Source: SAR324 cluster bacterium (GTDB lineage Bacteria > SAR324 > NAC60-12). Taken from it: 64,000 nt of DNA. Positions 7,638 through 16,927 of the stretch are shown in pieces (the stretch's first letter is position 1; each line of letters begins with the position of its first letter). The notes beneath the pieces are model-generated. The model did no database searches. It was not told the DNA's origin and saw nothing but the letters and a program-made list of their open reading frames with translations. A program made the translations under genes and the position numbers. The stretch lies in NCBI GenBank assembly GCA_015232315.1, contig JADFZZ010000027.1, forward strand, positions 482-64,481, written 5' to 3'.

Positions 7638-10379
7638 ATGAACAAGTGTCTGAAAATAGACAGGGAAAGCGAACTGCCGTGGATTCAGGAATATCTGGAT
7701 ATCATGCCTACAATTCTCGTTGTGTTGAATCGTGATGGCTCAATTCATCTGATCAACAGGGTCGGCTGTCAAATGCTGGGTTATACCGCGCAAGAACTGA
7801 TTCATCAGAACTGGTTTGAACTGTTTGTTCCGGAAGCCTTCATGGAAGGCGTCCAACAAACTTTCGCCAGTTTGATGGCGGGGAATGTTGAACCAGTCCG
7901 CTATTATGAAAATGGAATCCGGACCAAACAGGGCAACGAGGTGATCGTTGGCTGGCATAATGACGTTTTAAGAGATCACCAGGGCAATATCACTGGTCTG
8001 ATCAGTGTTGGTGAAGACATCACGCTACGCAAGCAGGCAGAATCTCAACTGCTTGAAACCAGGAAAAATCTGGCTGAAGTTCAGACTCTGGCAGGGATGG
8101 GAGCATGGGAATTTATCCCAAGCACCAGGGAATTCAAAGGATCTGATGAGTGGTGGAAACTCCATTATCTGGATAAAGACACACTGTCCGTGGAAACTAT
8201 CATGTCTATGATGCATCCTGAGGACAAAGCCTCTGTGATTCCACGGATAAATGACTTTCTAGGTTCTGAAGGCGACACCATCAATATTGTGTTCAGACAT
8301 ATTCGTGGCGATGGACAAACAATCTGGTTGAGGCTTAAAGGCAAAACAATAAGAGACGAAAATCAGAAAATCATCAAAAAAACCGGCTTTGCTCAGGACA
8401 TCACTGAACAGCGAAAGGCTCAGGAACAACTGATATCGTTTTTAGAAAATTCTCCGGACGCGATGATCCTGACCAATCATCTCCATGAAATCATGATGTT
8501 CAATCGTGCCGCGGAACAATTGTTTGGTTACAAACGGAATGAACTGCAAGGTCTGAGTTATGAAACCATCATTTCTCATGAACTTCAGATTGAGCAACTG
8601 GAAGCCATGAGTCCATCAGAGTCCATCCTGTCTGACATATTGTTCCATTCAAAAGATAACAGTTATGAACTCACCGGCATCCGCAAGGACAAAACACGAT
8701 TTCTTGCTGAAATAACCATCAATTCTTTCGGTACTGCTGAAAACCGTTCGACGGTGTTGGTTGTACGGGATATCGGGCCCTATCATGAATTGGAACAGGC
8801 CGTGCTGGAAAATCGCAAGAAATTTGAAAGTATTTTTGATAATGTCGCTGAAGCGATCATCGTGTTTGATTTGAAGAGCCTGCAAATTGAAGACATGAAT
8901 CAGGCCGCCTTGCAATTATTCCAGATTGCCCCGCTTGAAGACCTGAATCATGCTGCCTTGGGGTTATTCCATGTTTATCAGTTTCCCCGTTCCAGTTCCC
9001 GGTCCATCATGGATCTAGTGGCGGAAAAATCGGAAATTCTAAACTTGCAGTTCCACATACAAACAGGGGTCTATCAGCAAGAGCCGATAAAACTGATCAT
9101 GACCAGGAATAATAAAACCAATTTTATGGTTTCGTTTAAACCGTCTGTCATCAGGATCAGGGGAGTGATAAAAGTGGTTGCCATGATCACCGATCTGACC
9201 CAGGTTATGCAGGAAGAGGCCAACCGTCGCAAAAAAGAAGAACTCGCCAGGCAGATGCAGAAACAGGAAACCCTCGGGTTGCTTTCCAGTGGTATCGCGC
9301 ATGATTTCAACAATGTGCTGATGGGCATCCTCGGCTATTCGGAACTCCTGTCCGGCATGATTAAGGAAGGCACTCCGGAGTTTTCATTTCTGGAGGAAAT
9401 TCAAAAGGCCGGCCTGCGAGCCGCGGATCTGGTGAGTCAGATTCTGAATTACAGTCGCAGTGATGATGTGGATATAACCGCGATGGATCCCTTGCCGATT
9501 TTCAAGGAATCCACAAAAATGATGATGGCCACGTTTTCCAAAAATATAAAAATTGAGATCCGGCATGACAGTCCTGTGTCCATGATCAGGAGCAATCCGA
9601 CTCAGTTGCAGCAGATTCTGATAAACCTTTGTACCAATGCCGCACACGCCATGGAACAAACAGGCGGGATCCTGCGAATTGAACTGCAAGAACGCCATTG
9701 CACCAGGCAAACGACCCCGGCTCTTCCGGAAAATGGCAATTATCTGGTTCTCAAAGTGCAGGATACAGGATGCGGTATCCCGCCTGATGTGATGAAAAAT
9801 ATTTTTGATCCCTTCTTTACAACCAAGCCCCAGGGCAAAGGAACGGGACTTGGCCTTTCGATTGTGCAGAAGATTGTCATGAGGCAGAACGGACTGCTTG
9901 AAGTGGAAAGCGAAGTTGGCAAGGGAACACGGTTCACTGTGTTTTTTAGAACCGCTCTTCCGGAAACCGTTTCAACAGTCACTGATGAATTTGTTGATAT
10001 TTCCGGAAAAGAAAAAATTCTGTTAGTGGATGACGAAATCACTATTATTCAATCGTTGAAGGAGGGCTTGAGCAAGAAAGGCTATGAGGTCATTACGGTT
10101 GACAGCAGTGTTGAGGCCATCACACTGTTTGAAAAAAGTCCGTACAGTTTCGATGCGCTTATCACTGATTTTGACATGCCGGTATTGAATGGCCTGGAGT
10201 TAAGTCGGAAAATCAAAAGAATCCGCCAGGATATCCCGATCCTGATGATGTCTGGACTGGCGGATACCATGGACATGGAGGAGGTTCAGGCTGCGGGTAT
10301 CTCGCTGAAACTGTCTAAACCGATCAGCTTTAAAATTCTGTTCGCCAAACTTCGCCAGTTGCTGGATCAGGTATCTTGA
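7638..10379 (+). CDS. Hybrid sensor histidine kinase (multiple PAS - HisKA - HATPase - REC)
   Basis: PAS/PAC motifs; H-box 'GIAHDFNNVL'; 'FDPFFTTK..GKGTGLGL'; receiver 'LITDFDMP'. Confidence 0.95.
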   Translation: MNKCLKIDRESELPWIQEYLDIMPTILVVLNRDGSIHLINRVGCQMLGYTAQELIHQNWFELFVPEAFMEGVQQTFASLMAGNVEPVRYYENGIRTKQGNEVIVGWHNDVLRDHQGNITGLISVGEDITLRKQAESQLLETRKNLAEVQTLAGMGAWEFIPSTREFKGSDEWWKLHYLDKDTLSVETIMSMMHPEDKASVIPRINDFLGSEGDTINIVFRHIRGDGQTIWLRLKGKTIRDENQKIIKKTGFAQDITEQRKAQEQLISFLENSPDAMILTNHLHEIMMFNRAAEQLFGYKRNELQGLSYETIISHELQIEQLEAMSPSESILSDILFHSKDNSYELTGIRKDKTRFLAEITINSFGTAENRSTVLVVRDIGPYHELEQAVLENRKKFESIFDNVAEAIIVFDLKSLQIEDMNQAALQLFQIAPLEDLNHAALGLFHVYQFPRSSSRSIMDLVAEKSEILNLQFHIQTGVYQQEPIKLIMTRNNKTNFMVSFKPSVIRIRGVIKVVAMITDLTQVMQEEANRRKKEELARQMQKQETLGLLSSGIAHDFNNVLMGILGYSELLSGMIKEGTPEFSFLEEIQKAGLRAADLVSQILNYSRSDDVDITAMDPLPIFKESTKMMMATFSKNIKIEIRHDSPVSMIRSNPTQLQQILINLCTNAAHAMEQTGGILRIELQERHCTRQTTPALPENGNYLVLKVQDTGCGIPPDVMKNIFDPFFTTKPQGKGTGLGLSIVQKIVMRQNGLLEVESEVGKGTRFTVFFRTALPETVSTVTDEFVDISGKEKILLVDDEITIIQSLKEGLSKKGYEVITVDSSVEAITLFEKSPYSFDALITDFDMPVLNGLELSRKIKRIRQDIPILMMSGLADTMDMEEVQAAGISLKLSKPISFKILFAKLRQLLDQVS

Positions 10380-10403
10380 GGATGGGGTTGCCGGGTTTGG
10401 TCT

Positions 10404-10551
10404 CAATATGTCATCAACTTAAGTATCCAAAATGGTATTGCGAATCAATTCCCCCTTGGTTTAAGGGAGTAAGGGGGATGTAATTCTGAGGGTTAAATCC
10501 CCCAACCCCCTTTGAAAAGGGGGATTTTCTCACAGGTAAGTCCTGATATTG
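10404..10551 (+). mobile_element. Degenerate copy of MITE family A
   Basis: Colinear with 12092-12246; left TIR tgtcatcaacttaag intact, right TIR eroded. Confidence 0.75.
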
Positions 10552-10561
10552 AACCTGATCC

Positions 10562-10588
10562 CGGGCAGACACACAGGTCTGCCCCTAC
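10562..10588 (-). repeat. GTAG-type REP-like palindrome
   Basis: Reverse complement reads gtaggggcagacctgtgtgtctgcccg. Confidence 0.7.
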
Positions 10589-10646
10589 AGCACAAAACCC
10601 TGATCGGGAAACAAATCCAGGACAGGGTTATAGCCAAAAAGAAACA

Positions 10647-11906
10647 TCATCTGTTTTTTTGTGATTCACAGCATTGAAGATGGTAGGCCACAGCATTGTC
10701 CTGCGGGCACTCCCTCAGCAAACTCCGGAAAATCGCGATGGCGTTATCCCATTCCTGACGATGAGTCGCTTCTATGCCTTTCCGCATGAGTTGTTTTGAT
10801 TTCAATTTGTAGTCCCTGATTTCAGGAGGATCCGGGTTGAATATTTCATAAACCCAGATCGGTGCCTTTTTCCCTTTGACACAAACCCAGTCGAGTTCCC
10901 TGAACAAAAAAGAGGGCTCACTACGGATCTCCTCAATGACCGGTTCACTCACCACCAGAGAGACTCCATAAATTTTAGTCAAACCTTCCAGCCGGGCGGC
11001 AATATTGACGGTGTCGCCGATAACGGTCGAATCCATACGGTCCTTGGAACCTACCGTTCCGACAATGACAGGCCCGCGGTGCACACCAATCCCGATCCTG
11101 ATGGGGACATAGCCCGATTGTTTGCGGTGAATGTTGTAAGTTTCGAGAACCCTGAACATATCCAGCGCAGACTGAACCGCTCTGAAAACCTCACTTGCGG
11201 GCGATCCGGAATCCCGTTCAAAGACGGCCATCACCGCATCGCCGATAAACTTGTCAATGAATCCCCGTTGTTCATGGATCGGCACATTCATACGACGAAA
11301 ATAGGCATTGAGAAAATTCAGCAGTTCCTGCGGGCTTATTGTTTCAGCAAAGGGCGTGAACGAACGGATATCCGCAAACAGAATACTCATCACATCCATT
11401 TCCGCATGTCCAACCTCAATGTTTTCCATGCCATCTCTGGCAATGCGTCCCAGAAATTGTCTGGGAACAAACTTTTTGAAGGTTTCAACCTGCTTTTGCA
11501 AGGTGCGATGCATGTTGTATTGTTTCAAGCCTTTTTCCACGGTTAAAACCAGATCCTGCTGATCCCACGGTTTGCTCAGATACCGGAACAGGTCGGCGTT
11601 GTTGATGGCATTGACTGCTGATTCCAGAGCGGCCTGGCCGGTGAGCAGGATTTTAACGGCGTCAGGATGGGATTGGTGAAGATCGACCAACAACTGATCT
11701 CCGGAAATACCCGGCATGATCTGATCCGAAATCACCATGGCCAAATGATCCTCCGGACGCAGATCCGCCACGATTTCCAGTGCTTCTTCAGCACTTTCCG
11801 CAAATTCAAACACATAGCCTGAAATTTTTTTGCGTAGCTGGCTGTCCAGTGAGTTGAGAACCATCTGTTCATCATCCACACACAGAATTATCGCATTCTT
11901 GTTCAT
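10647..11906 (-). CDS. Response regulator receiver - class III adenylate cyclase
   Basis: REC 'VISDQIMP'; cyclase motifs 'LFADIRSFT', 'DKFIGDAVMA', 'TVIGDTVNIAARLE'. Confidence 0.93.
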   Translation of the reverse strand: MNKNAIILCVDDEQMVLNSLDSQLRKKISGYVFEFAESAEEALEIVADLRPEDHLAMVISDQIMPGISGDQLLVDLHQSHPDAVKILLTGQAALESAVNAINNADLFRYLSKPWDQQDLVLTVEKGLKQYNMHRTLQKQVETFKKFVPRQFLGRIARDGMENIEVGHAEMDVMSILFADIRSFTPFAETISPQELLNFLNAYFRRMNVPIHEQRGFIDKFIGDAVMAVFERDSGSPASEVFRAVQSALDMFRVLETYNIHRKQSGYVPIRIGIGVHRGPVIVGTVGSKDRMDSTVIGDTVNIAARLEGLTKIYGVSLVVSEPVIEEIRSEPSFLFRELDWVCVKGKKAPIWVYEIFNPDPPEIRDYKLKSKQLMRKGIEATHRQEWDNAIAIFRSLLRECPQDNAVAYHLQCCESQKNR

Positions 11907-12065
11907 GTTCGCATCACTCTTCGCAAGTTTGAGGGATTGTGGGAAAGGTTCTTGTTGTCTATGACGTTTTAAGACAAATTCGTAAAGATCTTTTTACCTC
12001 AAGAGTTGTAAGTTTTCAGTTATCAGCCTTCAGCTTTTAGTAAGTTATTGAAATTTGAAGTTTTC

Positions 12066-12308
12066 TGCTCGTGCCCTACGTCCCGTGGGGCCAATGTCAT
12101 CAACTTAAGCATTCTGAATGGTGCTGTGTTTCAATTCCCCCTTGGTTTAAGGGGGATAGGGGGATGTAATTCTGAGTGTTAAATCCCCCATGCCCCCTTT
12201 GTAAAGGGGGATTATCCAGCGAAGAATTTCTAAGTTGACGACATTGCCCGTGGGGCACGTTATCCACCAGGCGAAGCTCTGCTTCGCACCCACCGGAGGT
12301 GGGTCATG
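12066..12308 (+). repeat. Three-hairpin repeat B interrupted by MITE A
   Basis: Flanks of the MITE rejoin to match the reverse complement of 46201-46277. Confidence 0.85.
12092..12246 (+). mobile_element. MITE family A (155 bp), IS4-like ends, 10-bp TSD cccgtggggc
   Basis: TIRs caatgtcatcaactta / taagttgacgacattg; perfect direct repeat at 12082-12091 and 12247-12256. Confidence 0.92.
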
Positions 12309-12518
12309 GAACGGTTACGAACGGGATGTTCGTAACCAGAAGTATTCCCTGTTATTTTTTGAATGTTCCTAAGGGGATGGCGATTGAATACTGACGAGAT
12401 GCCTGGACTCACTGAGTTTAATGCCACAAGCACGACAAACGATAATATCTTTTTCTGCTTTGGCAGGATCCCCAAGCCGGGTTTCCTGCTGATTCTGCAC
12501 AAAACAGAACATGGGATA

Positions 12519-12908
12519 TTATTTTTTGATTTTTGACATGATGTCCTGAATTTTTTCTTCAAGCGTGGCAGGACTGAAGGGTTTGACGATGTAGCCATTT
12601 ACTTTGTGTTTCGCCGCGGCGACAATGTTTTCCTTTACAGCTTCTGCCGTGACCATCAACACCGGGATATCCTGCATTTTGGGGTCAGCCCGGATTGCCT
12701 TGAGCAAATCAAGTCCACTCATCTGCGGCATATTCCAATCCGCGACCACAAGGTCAAAATTGGCAGTCTGCATTTTCCCCCAGGCCTCACGGCCATTGGC
12801 CGCGGTCGTGATGTGTGAATATTTGAGTTTGAACAACATGCTTGCAATAAGTTTCCGCATATTCTCAATGTCATCCACCACCAGAATATTGATATCTTTG
12901 TCGGACAC
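12519..12908 (-). CDS. cheY: Chemotaxis response regulator CheY
   Basis: 129 aa single receiver domain with 'DWNMP', 'LMVTAE', 'YIVKPF'. Confidence 0.88.
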   Translation of the reverse strand: MSDKDINILVVDDIENMRKLIASMLFKLKYSHITTAANGREAWGKMQTANFDLVVADWNMPQMSGLDLLKAIRADPKMQDIPVLMVTAEAVKENIVAAAKHKVNGYIVKPFSPATLEEKIQDIMSKIKK

Positions 12909-13002
12909 GTTTCCTCCAGATTATGATTAGTTGGTGATCTACAATTTTTCAGATTTCTGAATTCAATTTTCTCTTGTTGCTTCGATCATGATGAGCAGGA
13001 TT

Positions 13003-13566
13003 TCATTCGCTTAACAACTGTTCATCATCGCTCTGGATATTTTCCTGGGTCATCAGCATCCGGATGAGTTTGAGTCCCAGCGCATAAACCGCGGGTTGCC
13101 TGGCATCAAATTCATGGAACGTATTGCCATTGACCAGCCGTGTTTTAACAGGGGCCCCAAACCGGGATTCCTGTAGCAACTCCCTGGCTCCTACGACAAA
13201 AAACTGATTGCTGTAGTCATAGGCGTCAGTGCCCGCGCCATAGGCCATGCTTTTTGATTTTGTCACGACATCCGCGCCGACAATCAGCAGATAATGCTTG
13301 TGCGATTGTTGGGTGACCACTTCAATCTGGCAGGCAAGCGTCCATTCCGATTTTGGTAAAATCCGTCGAATCTGTTTTTGTTCTTCCACATGATTCAGCA
13401 CCAGGCTGATGAGTTTTGACATTTTTTGATAATCGGCCCCCATCTGTTTCTGGACAACGACCACCCAATGTTTGTATTCTTTTGTGGAGGGCGCCAGCCA
13501 AGGCGAATCAATGTTGTCTGAGCCCAGATATTTCACACGAAATTTAATACTTTGTTTTGTAGCCAT
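13003..13566 (-). CDS. Hypothetical protein
   Basis: 187 aa ORF 3 bp downstream of the cpoB-like gene, same strand; no family recognised. Confidence 0.7.
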   Translation of the reverse strand: MATKQSIKFRVKYLGSDNIDSPWLAPSTKEYKHWVVVVQKQMGADYQKMSKLISLVLNHVEEQKQIRRILPKSEWTLACQIEVVTQQSHKHYLLIVGADVVTKSKSMAYGAGTDAYDYSNQFFVVGARELLQESRFGAPVKTRLVNGNTFHEFDARQPAVYALGLKLIRMLMTQENIQSDDEQLLSE

Positions 13567-13569
13567 AAG

Positions 13570-14712
13570 CTATTGCCGTTCAAGTCGTTGAAGATCTTTT
13601 TCAGCGTTATTGCCAGCAGCGGAATCGGGGAATCGTTCCAGGAGTTGTTTATAATAATAGCGGGCTTTTTCGGGTTTCCCTTGTTGTTCGGCAATTTGGC
13701 CCAGCATATAAATCGCGTCAGGTGTTTTATAACCCTGCGATGTGGGACGGTGTTCATATTGTCGGAGAATTTCCCTGAAAGCTTTTTCTGCGGCCTCCAG
13801 TTTTTCCAGTTTGAACCAGGCGTGTCCAATCCAGTACCAGGCGTTGTCACTATCCAGATCATCAGGAAACTGACTGGTGAAATTCTGAAACACCTCAATC
13901 GCCTTGTCGTAATCGCGTTGTATGATGGATGCCATGCCTTGATTATACAACCGCTTCACGCCATTGACGCGTTTCAGTTCCCGCGGCGATTCCGGTTCGT
14001 TGAGATCAGGGTCCTCGAACGGTTCCTGTTTGGATTCAGGCGCCATGGACATGGAATCATTCAAGGGTTTTGCCAGGATGACAGGCGGTGGAATCTCTTC
14101 TGCCGGACGTGTTTTATCGACCACTTCTTTTTTAGGCGGAGGCGGCATGGGTTTGACCAAATCGCCATTCGACACGTTGCCTGCGTTTTGTTTCTGTGCG
14201 TTTTGGACCGCCATTTCCTTTCGTTTTTCAGGAAACAACGAATATTCCACGACCGCTGGTCCCTCAGAAGGCGGTGCGGGTTGAACAGGGGCTGATTGTT
14301 TCCGCGTTGCTGAGGATTCCATCGTGCTGTTGATTTCCTGAAGCTCTTTTTTCAGCGAATCCACGTTTTTTTCCAGTTTTTGAAGCTGGTCTTCCATGGC
14401 TTTTTCCAGAAGCGAAAACGTGGTTTCCCATTGTTTGCGATGATCATCCAGCGTTTGCTGCTGTTCCATCTGTCTTGCCGTTTGTTCAGCGAGTTGCTGG
14501 TCTACCTGCTGAACATCATCCCGCAACTGAACATAGTCCACCTGCAATTGTTCCAGCATTTCCTGGTAATGCTTCAAGGCGGTTTCTTCAGGCGTAGGGG
14601 TTGGTGCGGTTTGTTCTGCTTTTTGAGCTTCGGGTATGAATGACGAGCACGATGACAGAAGCATCATGCTGATGAAAACCCGGATTATCAGCCTTCTGTA
14701 AACATGAACCAT
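13570..14712 (-). CDS. cpoB: CpoB/YbgF-like Tol-Pal-associated TPR lipoprotein
   Basis: Lipobox LLSSC, coiled coil, Pro-rich linker, C-terminal TPRs 'NAWYWIG', 'KTPDAIYMLG', 'FPDS'. Confidence 0.75.
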   Translation of the reverse strand: MVHVYRRLIIRVFISMMLLSSCSSFIPEAQKAEQTAPTPTPEETALKHYQEMLEQLQVDYVQLRDDVQQVDQQLAEQTARQMEQQQTLDDHRKQWETTFSLLEKAMEDQLQKLEKNVDSLKKELQEINSTMESSATRKQSAPVQPAPPSEGPAVVEYSLFPEKRKEMAVQNAQKQNAGNVSNGDLVKPMPPPPKKEVVDKTRPAEEIPPPVILAKPLNDSMSMAPESKQEPFEDPDLNEPESPRELKRVNGVKRLYNQGMASIIQRDYDKAIEVFQNFTSQFPDDLDSDNAWYWIGHAWFKLEKLEAAEKAFREILRQYEHRPTSQGYKTPDAIYMLGQIAEQQGKPEKARYYYKQLLERFPDSAAGNNAEKDLQRLERQ

Positions 14713-14713
14713 A

Positions 14714-15466
14714 TTAACTTTGTGTGTGGTTTTCCTGTTTGTGATGCTTGAGAACGTTTTCCATTTCCCGGGCAAGATGGGGTTGCTGGTTTTTATAATA
14801 GGCCTCAATCAGTTTTTGCGCGACTTCATCATACCGGGGATACTCCGGAAAGTACTTAAGCAGATACCGATAACGGTGTATGGCCGAATGGTAAGCTTCA
14901 TTTTTAAAATAGAAATTCCCAACCAGAAACTCATATTCCGCAAGATCAGCTCTGGACTTGAGCAGATACGCATAGACATCTTTCAGATAAATATTGTTGG
15001 GATATAACAAAAAGAACCGCTGATAATCCTGAATCAGCCTTCGATTGGGTTCCATGTCCCTGTCATATTCACGTTCTCTGAAAAAAACGCCTGTAAAGTT
15101 TCGTTGATAATTCAAGGAAATCAACTGATGCAGAACGTAAGGTGTGAGATGACTGTTGGGATTGAGCGTCAGAAACATCCGATAACCGCTTTCGGCCTCA
15201 ATCCAGCGGTTTCTGCGAAAGTTCAAATCACCCATTTTCAAATAAGCCAGGGTTGCCAGTTGTGTCCCGGGATGCTCTTCAGTCACCTTTTTAAATTTGT
15301 CTTCCGCTTCCTGATACAATTCATCGTCAAAAGCCATCATACCCGCCTGGTAGATTTCCAGAGCAGGTGTTCTGACAGATTCCTTGGTGTCGCTACAGGC
15401 GGATAGCAGAAAAATCAGGCTGGTACAGTAGATGAGACGTTTCAATTGTGTGAAATTGATGGTCAT
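14714..15466 (-). CDS. bamD: Outer membrane protein assembly factor BamD
   Basis: Lipobox LLSAC, TPRs, 'LAEYEFLVGNFYFK', 'SAIHRYRYLL'. Confidence 0.88.
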   Translation of the reverse strand: MTINFTQLKRLIYCTSLIFLLSACSDTKESVRTPALEIYQAGMMAFDDELYQEAEDKFKKVTEEHPGTQLATLAYLKMGDLNFRRNRWIEAESGYRMFLTLNPNSHLTPYVLHQLISLNYQRNFTGVFFREREYDRDMEPNRRLIQDYQRFFLLYPNNIYLKDVYAYLLKSRADLAEYEFLVGNFYFKNEAYHSAIHRYRYLLKYFPEYPRYDEVAQKLIEAYYKNQQPHLAREMENVLKHHKQENHTQS

Positions 15467-15473
15467 AACAGCT

Positions 15474-16361
15474 TCAACTGGTTCGTTTTTTATAGCGGAC
15501 CATCGTAATTTCGTTGCCACGTTCGTTCCAGAAAACCTCATCCATGAAATTCATGATCAGCAAAATACCACGACCACTGACCTTGAACAAATTTTCAGGA
15601 TCTTTGGGGTCTGGAATGGAAGAATAATCAAAACCACGGCCATCATCCCGAATCACATATTTGACAGAGTTTCTGGTGATTTCAGTATGAATATAAACTT
15701 TGCGGGCCTTGTATTGCTCTTCAACTCTCCGGCGTTCGCCTTCCTGCCGGAATTTTTCGAATTTTTCTTTTTTCAACTCGGAAGAAATTTCAAGGTTTCC
15801 ATGAAACATGGCATTTTCCACGGCTTCTGAAAGAATAATGTTCATGGTGAACAGATCTTCTTCTTCAAGCAGTTGATAGGACGGAAGGTTTCGTGTGATG
15901 AAGGAAACAATCTTGTTGATGTATTCAAAATCATTGCCGATTTCCAGGGTGCGGGATTCGAAAACAGAATTTTCGAGGCAGTAAACACTGAACCGGGAAT
16001 CGTCCATCAAACTTTTAACACGATTGACGCTTTGATTCAGTTCACTGTTTTTGAGAGGTTTGGTTAAAAAATCACAGGCACCAAGATTCAGGCAGGTCAA
16101 AATATTATCGGAATCTCCATGGCGGGAGATAATCACAAAGGGAAGATGCGCATTGAGCCGTTTCAATTCCTTGAGAAGTTCAATTCCCCCCATTTTAGGC
16201 ATGGTCAAGCCGGCATAAACCCCGTCATGATGGCCTTTCTGGTATTTTTCCAGGGCATCGACTCCATCAACAGCCCGTTCGTAAGTATGCTGATTTTCCT
16301 CCAGAAATTTCGCCAGGGTATCCAGCACTTCAACATTGTCATCGGCAATCAGGATATGCAT
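15474..16361 (-). CDS. Receiver domain - RsbW-like anti-sigma/Ser kinase (HATPase_c_2)
   Basis: 'EAVENAMFHGN', 'IRDDGRGFD', 'SGRGILLI..FMDEV'; receiver lacks the phosphoacceptor Asp. Confidence 0.88.
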   Translation of the reverse strand: MHILIADDNVEVLDTLAKFLEENQHTYERAVDGVDALEKYQKGHHDGVYAGLTMPKMGGIELLKELKRLNAHLPFVIISRHGDSDNILTCLNLGACDFLTKPLKNSELNQSVNRVKSLMDDSRFSVYCLENSVFESRTLEIGNDFEYINKIVSFITRNLPSYQLLEEEDLFTMNIILSEAVENAMFHGNLEISSELKKEKFEKFRQEGERRRVEEQYKARKVYIHTEITRNSVKYVIRDDGRGFDYSSIPDPKDPENLFKVSGRGILLIMNFMDEVFWNERGNEITMVRYKKRTS

Positions 16362-16622
16362 GCAACCTCAACATCAACAAATCATCAGAACCACGGAAAT
16401 TTGAGCAAAAAAGCCACTTTGTCAGCTTTATTCAGACAGTAACGAAAAGCATCGGGGAATACAAGATTTTTATCTCAACCTGAAAACAAGAGAATTTTAT
16501 GATTAAAATCAATACATCTCTTGAAATTTGCTACGATTTCATCCTATGTTTCATTCAAACAGGAATTTCTTAATGAAAAGGAGTTCTGTGTCAGATAACA
16601 TCTTTCTTGTCTCAGGATATTT

Positions 16623-16919
16623 ATGAACAAATCTCAATTGATTGAGAAACTCGCAGAAAAAAACAATAACAACCTTCAACTGGCGGATAAAGCGGTCAGG
16701 ATTTTTTTTGACAACATCAAAGAATCCCTGAACTCTGGCGAACGTGTTGAAATCCGTGGGTTCGGTTCGTTCATCCTCAAAAAATACGAAGGTTATGTGG
16801 GCCGAAACCCCAAAACAGGAACCAAAGTTGAGGTGTCTCCCAAAAAACTGCCTGTGTTTCGTACCGGAAAAGACCTGAAGCAACGGGTTAATGAAGTTCG
16901 GGGTCCTATCAAGGATTGA
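16623..16919 (+). CDS. ihfB: Integration host factor beta / HU-family DNA-binding protein
   Basis: 'GERVEIRGFGSF', 'GRNPKTG', 'F.TGKDLKQRVN'. Confidence 0.88.
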   Translation: MNKSQLIEKLAEKNNNNLQLADKAVRIFFDNIKESLNSGERVEIRGFGSFILKKYEGYVGRNPKTGTKVEVSPKKLPVFRTGKDLKQRVNEVRGPIKD

Positions 16920-16927
16920 ACTGATCA

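Noticed and set aside
7171-7641. Short ORFs over 7171-7641 and near-identical ones at 51090-51449
   Set aside because: They are translations of MITE C, not independent genes
12008-12040. Heptamer-like tandem run (cagttat cagcctt cagcttt)
   Set aside because: Only about three degenerate units; too short to call a tandem repeat locus
13552-14295. Long antisense ORFs (also 4353-5054, 30473-31108, 61595-62329)
   Set aside because: Shadows of well-supported genes on the opposite strand, with no recognisable motifs
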